In this document: piece by piece, positions 15,398 through 19,401 of the stretch
Position numbering within the stretch: position 1 is the first letter of the stretch
Layout of the letters: the number at the start of each line of letters is the position of its first letter
Source: Candidatus Rokuibacteriota bacterium
GTDB taxonomy: Bacteria > Methylomirabilota > Methylomirabilia > Rokubacteriales > CSP1-6
Reading direction: 5' to 3'
NCBI GenBank assembly: GCA_016184305.1
Contig: JACPCX010000120.1
Location: forward strand, 1-19,401
DNA length: 19,401 nt
Program-made: the position numbers and the translations under genes
Notes under the pieces: generated by a model
What the model was told of the DNA's origin: nothing
What the model saw: only the letters and a program-made list of their open reading frames with translations
Databases searched by the model: none

Positions 15398-17199
15398 CAC
15401 TGGCGCCGCTCCTGCAGCACGGCCTCCACTCGCTGCTGCGCGCCGTCGCGCAGGAGCCACAGCTCGACGCGGTCGCCGGGGCGCTGGCCGCGCAGCGCGA
15501 AGGTGAGGTCGTTGAGCGTCGTCACGGTGACGGGACCGAGCTTGACGATGACGTCGCCGGCGCGGACTCCCGCCTGCTCCGCCGGGCTGCCGGGGCGGAT
15601 GCCGTTGATCTTGACGCCGGGCTGGGCGGACTCGCCGAACTCGGGGATCACGCCGAGGTAGGGGCCGTAGCCGGAGGCCCGGGATCCTCGCGCGGGCGGC
15701 GCCGCGATCTTGACGTAGGCGGGCGCGATCGGAGCCGCGGCCACGTCCCCGATGACCCGCGCGGCGAAGGTCGCGACCGTCTCGAGCCCGGCGGCGTCGA
15801 TCTTGTCCCAGGTGTCCGAGGGGCGGTGGTAATCGGCGTGGGCGCCCGTGGTGAGGAAGAGCACGGGACGCCCGGCGGCATAGAAGGACGTGTGATCCGA
15901 GGGCGAGTGCGGATCGCCCTGGAGCTGGAGATCGAGTGGCAGCCCGCGCGCGGCATCCGCGACGAGGGCGCGCAGGCCGGTGCCGCTGTCCACGCCGGCC
16001 GCGTAGAGCTTTCCCTCGCGCAGCCGCCCGACCATGTCCAGGTTGACCATCAGGGCGGTGCGATCCAGGGGAGAGGCGGGGTGAGCGACATGGTGGGCCG
16101 AGCCGAGAAGCCCCATCTCCTCCCCAGCGAACGCGACGAAGACGAGGGTGCGCGGCGTCCCGCCCGCGGCGGCGAAGGCCCGGGCCAGCGCCATCACGCC
16201 TGCCGTGCCCGAGGCATTGTCGTCGGCGCCCGGGTGGATCGCGCCGAGGAGATCCGGGGCGAGCGAGCCCTCGCCGCCGCGCCCCAGGTGGTCGTAATGC
16301 GCGCCCACCACGATGGCTTGCTCTCTCAGCGCGGGGTCAGTCCCGGGGAGGATGCCGACCACGTTGGCGGCCGTGCCGCGCTCGCGGGTGAGGCTCACCT
16401 CGAGGCCGAGGCGGGTCCCGGGGACGGCGAAGGACTGCGGCTGGAGCGCCTGATCGATGGCCGCGGCCAGGTCGGCGATCCGCTTGCCAGAGGGAGGGAG
16501 TAGCGAGTCGGCGACCGCCCGGGTGACGAAGGCCGCGAGGATGCCCCAGGGTTGGCTGATGCCGCCGAGATGGGGCAGGTGCTCCTTCTCGGCCGCGGGG
16601 TGCTCCACCAGGAGGATGCCGCGGGCGCCGTGCTGGCGCGCGTTGATGATCTTGTGGCTGCGCTCCGAGTAGTGGTAGGCCTCGGGCCGCCGGAAGGGGC
16701 TCGCCGGATCCTGCGAGCGCGGCTCGCGGCTCAGCACCAGCACGATCTTCTCCCGCACGTCGAGCCCCGCATAGTCGTCGTAGCCGAGGTCGGGGGCGGT
16801 GATGCCGTAGCCGGCGAAGACGAGATCCCTTTCCGCGGCGCCGTCAGCCGAGACCGCCAGCGGCGTGAACTCGCGGCCGAGCGCGAGCGTGCGCGGAGAG
16901 GGCGCGACGACCTTCAGCGAGTTGGCCGCGCCGAGGCGGATCCCCGTCGCGACCTGGAAGGGCTGGAGATAGCGCCCGGCGTCGCCGCCGGGTCTCAGGC
17001 CCGCCTGCTGGAAGACGGACACGATGTGGGCGGCCGCGCGGTCGGCGCCCTGGGTGCCCGAGGCGCGCCCCTCGGTGTCGGGGGCGGACAGGGCCTTCAC
17101 CTCTTCGAGCAGCCACTGCTGGGGCGGCAATGCCGGCGGGGCGGCGTCGGCGCGGCTTGCCGCCAGGGCCAGCACGAGGACGAGCGCGCGGAGGCTCAC
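15397..17199 (-). CDS. Secreted M28-family metallopeptidase with PA and C-terminal PDZ domains (600 aa)
   Basis: Sec-type signal MSLRALVLVLALAASRADA. PA region LVFAGYGI.AP..GYDDYAGLDV. Zn-ligand motifs GAHYDH, GADDNASG, FAGEEMGLLGS, NLDMVG, HADYHRPSD. PDZ region YLGVIP...GSPAEQAGVRAGDVI. Confidence 0.92.
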   Translation of the reverse strand: MSLRALVLVLALAASRADAAPPALPPQQWLLEEVKALSAPDTEGRASGTQGADRAAAHIVSVFQQAGLRPGGDAGRYLQPFQVATGIRLGAANSLKVVAPSPRTLALGREFTPLAVSADGAAERDLVFAGYGITAPDLGYDDYAGLDVREKIVLVLSREPRSQDPASPFRRPEAYHYSERSHKIINARQHGARGILLVEHPAAEKEHLPHLGGISQPWGILAAFVTRAVADSLLPPSGKRIADLAAAIDQALQPQSFAVPGTRLGLEVSLTRERGTAANVVGILPGTDPALREQAIVVGAHYDHLGRGGEGSLAPDLLGAIHPGADDNASGTAGVMALARAFAAAGGTPRTLVFVAFAGEEMGLLGSAHHVAHPASPLDRTALMVNLDMVGRLREGKLYAAGVDSGTGLRALVADAARGLPLDLQLQGDPHSPSDHTSFYAAGRPVLFLTTGAHADYHRPSDTWDKIDAAGLETVATFAARVIGDVAAAPIAPAYVKIAAPPARGSRASGYGPYLGVIPEFGESAQPGVKINGIRPGSPAEQAGVRAGDVIVKLGPVTVTTLNDLTFALRGQRPGDRVELWLLRDGAQQRVEAVLQERRQ

Positions 17200-17205
17200 G
17201 CCGAC

Positions 17206-17211
17206 ATTCTA
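17206..17211 (-). promoter_or_regulatory. -10 box (TAGAAT) 6 nt upstream of the peptidase GTG; probable leaderless promoter
   Basis: Minus strand reads GTGTAGAATGTCGGC-GTG AGC, with no SD upstream of the start. Confidence 0.55.
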
Positions 17212-17269
17212 CACGCGGCCCAGCCGACGCCGGCACCCGTTGCGTGCGTGCGTGAGGAACCCTCGCCCC

Positions 17270-17755
17270 ATGGGGGCACGGCTGTCCCACCCTCGCATCC
17301 CCAGACAGGCGACCTTCAAGAAGGGGCTCGAGAACCTCGGCTACGGGGTGAAGGACACCGACGGGTACGCGGCTCAACCGCCCGGCTGGGCCGCCTGCAA
17401 GCCGTTCGCCGACCAGGCACAGGCCATGTCCTTCGACGACTACCGGGCCTTCCTCGAGACGTACACGCCGGAGTACGCCGCCGAGGTGTCCGGCGTCCCG
17501 GCCGGCCAGATCGGGGAGATCGCCCGTCTCTTCGCCAATCCCAAGCGCAAGGGCATGTCGCTCTGGACCATGGGCTTCAACCAGCACGTGAGGGGGACGT
17601 GGATCAACAACCTCGTCGATAACCTCCACCTCCTCACCGGGAAGATCTCCGAGCCCGGCAACGGCCCGTTCTCGCTGACCGGCCAGCCCTCCGCGTGCGG
17701 CACGACGCGGGAGATTGGGGCGCTACCGCCCTTCGAGAAGACGCGCCCGAAGTAG
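17270..17755 (+). pseudogene. napA: Internal fragment of periplasmic nitrate reductase catalytic subunit
   Basis: About 17315-17719 encodes FKKG..NLGYG...MSFDDY..F...Y......SGVP...SLWTMGFNQHVRGTWINNL..NLHLLTGKISEPGNGPFSLTGQPSACGTTREIG, a characteristic central NapA segment. It has no Tat signal, no N-terminal Fe-S motif and no C-terminal half, and no other nap genes flank it. Confidence 0.82.
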
Positions 17756-17781
17756 CCGCCCGCGTCCAGGGGGCGCGCCGA

Positions 17782-18375
17782 TCACATGCTCGAGGGGTTC
17801 ATGGCGGCGACGAGGGTCGCCAGGCCGGCTCCGACGTTGATGTACTGGTGGGGGGCGGCGCGGTCGAGCGTGATGCTGTCCCCTTCCTCGAGGCGGTGAC
17901 GGCTGTCGCCCACGACCACCTCCACCGTCCCGGCGAGCACCAGCGCGCACTCATCCCCGGTGCTGGAGCCCGTCGGCTCCTCACAGTTCCTCCCGCCCGG
18001 CTCCAGGCGCATGAGGACCAGCTGGAGGTTCGTCCGATCGTCTGGCGAGACGAACTCGTAGGTGACTCCCAGGGCCGGCCACCGGATCTCTTTCCGGTGC
18101 GAGCGCCGGAGGACCGCGCCGACCGCGTTCTCCGTCGACAGGAGGTGGGAGATCGGCACCTGGAGGGCGTACGCGACCTTGCGCAGCGAGGTCAGGGAAG
18201 GGCTCGCGATCCCGCGCTCCACCTGGCTCAGCAGGCTCTTGGTCAGCCCCGTCGCGGCCGCGACCTGGCCGAGTGAGAGACTTCGGGAGGTCCGGGCCGA
18301 TCGGATCCGGCGTCCCAGGCCGAGCTCGTCCACAGCCGGAATTCTCCCGTTTCGGTTCAGCATGGCTTTACCCAT
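17782..18375 (-). CDS. XRE-family HTH + cupin transcriptional regulator (PuuR/SutR-like architecture)
   Basis: HTH LGRRIRSARTSRSLSLGQVAAATGLTKSLLSQVERGIASPSLTSL. Cupin GDECALVLAGTVEV...LEEGDSI.....PHQYIN. ATG 18375 has GGAG upstream; 18363 and 18387 are alternative starts. Confidence 0.9.
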   Translation of the reverse strand: MGKAMLNRNGRIPAVDELGLGRRIRSARTSRSLSLGQVAAATGLTKSLLSQVERGIASPSLTSLRKVAYALQVPISHLLSTENAVGAVLRRSHRKEIRWPALGVTYEFVSPDDRTNLQLVLMRLEPGGRNCEEPTGSSTGDECALVLAGTVEVVVGDSRHRLEEGDSITLDRAAPHQYINVGAGLATLVAAMNPSSM

Positions 18376-18461
18376 AGCTTTTACCACTCCATTTCACGCC
18401 GAGTCAATTCCAGAAAGCGCCATGATGGCGGGTCAGTACGTGATACAGAGCCAAAAGGGTA

Positions 18462-18513
18462 CTTGACAGTTCAAGCCGGGTAGCTGTATTGAATCCGTTA
18501 ACTGTAGCTTAAC
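18462..18513 (+). promoter_or_regulatory. Putative promoter/operator of the divergent oxidase operon
   Basis: Consensus TTGACA at 18463-18468 and weak -10 TATTGA at 18487-18492. Inverted repeats CTTGA-N4-TCAAG (18462-18475) and GTTAA-N7-TTAAC (18497-18513) lie in an AT-rich intergenic region. Confidence 0.5.
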
Positions 18514-18541
18514 CACGAAGTCTGGGACAGGGGAGGCGGAC

Positions 18542-19039
18542 GTGGCGGTCCCTGATGTGCTCATCGTAGGTGGAGGCGTGATCGGGTGCGCGGTCGCCTA
18601 TGAACTGGCCCGGCACGGTGTGAAGGTTCGCCTCCTGGAGGGTGCGGGCCTCTGCTCCGGCGCCTCCGGGGCCAACGGGGCGTTGGTCTGGCCGCAGGCG
18701 ATGGCTCGTGGAATCGGCCTCACGTTCTCGCTGGCGAACTTCCGCCTCTTCCCGGCGCTCGGCGAGGAGCTCGGGGTGGACCTCGAGTATCGCCGCACCG
18801 GGGGCCTTGTCGCCGTCGGGGCCGACCAGTGGGAGCGCATGGTGGCGTACGCGGCCGCCCAGCGGGAGATCGGGCTTCCGGCCGAGTTGCTCGACGGCGC
18901 CGCGGCGCGCGCCTACATCACCATCGCCTGGTGGCTCACCACGTTCCCCGGCGCGACCATCATGCTCACGGTGCTGGGGATCAACTTCATGGGGGACTGG
19001 CTCCGGGACCTGTTCGACCCGCGGCTGGAGTCACTCTGA
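18542..19039 (+). pseudogene. Chimeric ORF: N-terminal ~122 aa of an FAD-dependent DAO-family oxidoreductase fused in frame to the C-terminal ~43 aa of a DppC/OppC-type ABC permease
   Basis: SD GGAGG. DVLIVGGGVIGCAVAYELA...GASGANG..YRRTGGL is a DAO/glycine oxidase N-terminus. From ~18908, RAYITIAWWLTTFPG..IMLTVLGINFMGDWLRDLFDPR is the canonical DppC C-terminus. Confidence 0.85.
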
Positions 19040-19061
19040 TCGCATACTCGAGGAGGCACGC

Positions 19062-19382
19062 ATGAGGACGTGGTCCGGTCGCATCGCCGCCGGCGTCGAG
19101 AGGGGGAGCCCGTTCACCTTCACGCTGGACGGCGAGCCCGTGGAGGCGTATCCGGGAGAAACCGTGGCTGGGGCCTTGCTGGCAAGCGGGCGCCGCATCG
19201 CGCGGCGGTCCCCGCGGCGCGGGGAGCCCCGGGGGCTCTTCTGCGCGATGGGCATCTGCCATGACTGTCGCATGCTGGTGGACGGGGAGCCGAATGTCAG
19301 GACATGCCTGGCGCCCGCCCGCCCCGGCATGGTGGTCGAGACGCAGATCGGGCTCGGGCCCGTCCGGGAGGTGGCGCAGTGA
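19062..19382 (+). CDS. [2Fe-2S]-binding subunit (HcnA / sarcosine oxidase alpha N-terminal / opine oxidase-like), 106 aa
   Basis: SD AGGAGG. FTLDGEPVEAYPGETVAGALLA...PRGLFCAMGICHDCRMLVDGEPNVRTC gives C-x4-C-x2-C-x12-C. Confidence 0.88.
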   Translation: MRTWSGRIAAGVERGSPFTFTLDGEPVEAYPGETVAGALLASGRRIARRSPRRGEPRGLFCAMGICHDCRMLVDGEPNVRTCLAPARPGMVVETQIGLGPVREVAQ

Positions 19383-19401
19383 CGTCCTTCGACGCGGTGG
19401 T
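19379..19401 (+). CDS. Start of the next gene, probably an FAD/NAD(P)-binding oxidoreductase (HcnB-like); 3'-partial
   Basis: GTGA overlap with the previous stop and SD GGAGG upstream. It reads MTSFDAV(V), resembling the strand that precedes a GxGxxG motif. Only 7 full codons are visible. Confidence 0.5.

Noticed and set aside
18542..19401. Calling the last operon hydrogen cyanide synthase (hcnABC)
   Set aside because: The same three-subunit architecture is shared by opine, hydroxyproline and other amine oxidases, so the substrate cannot be assigned, and the DAO subunit is truncated.

Overview
A GC-rich bacterial window of mostly metabolic genes; the gene style is reminiscent of Rokubacteria/Methylomirabilota, but that is an unverified impression. 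In order it holds: the 3' part of a cyclic beta-1,2-glucan synthase (NdvB/Cgs); an acyl-CoA synthetase; a lone phosphonoacetate hydrolase (phnA); two small hypothetical genes; an EthD-family gene; a four-gene 2-oxoacid:ferredoxin oxidoreductase operon; a peptidase M28-PA-PDZ / TolB-like pair; an internal napA fragment; an XRE-cupin regulator; and the start of a divergent DAO/HcnABC-like oxidase operon. The most notable system is the operon iorA - iorB::korD - korA - korB::korC. Six canonical subunits of two different enzymes are encoded as four tightly coupled ORFs, and one fusion joins the IOR beta subunit to a KOR delta-like ferredoxin. Other highlights are a 140-bp element with 24-bp terminal inverted repeats inserted into the korBC 3' end with the original gene end duplicated downstream, an in-frame DAO::dppC chimera, several gene remnants, and two probably leaderless genes. 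All calls come from motif recognition; no searches were run.
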